DNA of 64,000 nt from assembly GCA_965223795.1 (NCBI GenBank), contig CBDCXL010000002.1:2436030-2500029 (forward strand), read 5' to 3'. Shown in pieces: positions 63,809 through 64,000 of this stretch. The translations under genes were made by a program, and so were the position numbers. The DNA comes from Nitrospinales bacterium. Lineage in GTDB: Bacteria; Nitrospinota; Nitrospinia; Nitrospinales; VA-1. Each line of letters begins with the position of its first letter. Positions within the stretch are counted from its first letter, which is position 1. The notes under the pieces were generated by a model. It ran no database searches and had not been told where the DNA came from. It was given only the letters and a program-made list of their open reading frames with translations.

Positions 63809-63834
63809 GGCAGGGCGGGCGTCCTGCCTTTTCT
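63809..63834 (+). terminator. terminator-like hairpin after the repeat array
   Basis: GGCAGG (63809-63814), an 8-nt loop, CCTGCC (63823-63828), then TTTTCT. Confidence 0.4.
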
Positions 63835-64000
63835 CGAAGCAGTTTCTTTTTTTCTTTCCTGATAGTATCGGTTCCCCGATAGTTTGTCCGAATCCCTGCG
63901 AAAATTTTACTGTTTTGCACCGTCCCGGTTGCCTTTCCACGCGTGGTTTTCGCTCTGAAATATAAATGTCTTAAAGATTCCTTGGATTAATTTTAATTAA

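Noticed and set aside
1-64000. Search by eye for CRISPR arrays, rRNA/tRNA genes, transposases, integrases, and phage or defence-system hallmarks
   Set aside because: I found none. There are no regularly spaced repeats of 25-40 nt with unique spacers, no DDE/tyrosine-recombinase motifs, and no complete cloverleaf-compatible tRNA. Low-copy or degenerate elements could have been missed without tools.

Overview
This is a GC-rich (roughly 60%) chromosomal segment from a diderm (Gram-negative-type) bacterium. The diderm call rests on a TonB-dependent receptor, several outer-membrane beta-barrels and many lipobox lipoproteins. I support about 57 protein-coding genes. I found no rRNA, tRNA, CRISPR array, transposase, integrase or phage gene. 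All function calls come from reading motifs in the supplied translations; no database search was possible, and start codons are my best guesses from RBS context.

Gene content:
- Housekeeping: glnS, glgP, ppa, an rlmM-like methyltransferase, ychJ, an alpha-carbonic anhydrase, and a PA0069-type radical SAM protein.
- Transport: a TonB-dependent receptor, a two-subunit Na+/solute symporter, and a KefB/C-type CPA2 antiporter.
- Signalling: two paralogous receiver-only response regulators, a GAF histidine kinase, and LuxR-type and XRE-type regulators.
- Stress: a three-gene Hsp20 cluster in which two members carry export signals.
- An orphan radical-SAM/SPASM enzyme.
- A run of kinesin-light-chain-type TPR proteins.

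The most unusual part is a redox locus at 39.8-51.6 kb, with 19 CxxCH haem-c motifs.
- The minus-strand operon encodes a tetrahaem cytochrome c, then a fusion of two cyclic-nucleotide-binding domains to a four-cluster [4Fe-4S] ferredoxin. Next comes a membrane protein with two His-x13-His helices (dihaem-b-like) and a decahaem cytochrome c with a Cys-rich cytoplasmic N-terminus. That decahaem gene is interrupted by a 1-nt frameshift in a homopolymer. The operon ends with a membrane-anchored FNR-like FAD/NAD(P)H/2Fe-2S reductase.
- A 1.35-kb AT-rich non-coding region separates it from the divergent pair. That region carries sigma-54-like -24/-12 motifs pointing both ways.
- The plus-strand pair encodes a lipoprotein pentahaem cytochrome with a Met-rich linker and a 477-aa outer-membrane beta-barrel, a porin-cytochrome-like arrangement.

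Several dispersed or tandem structured repeats are also reported.
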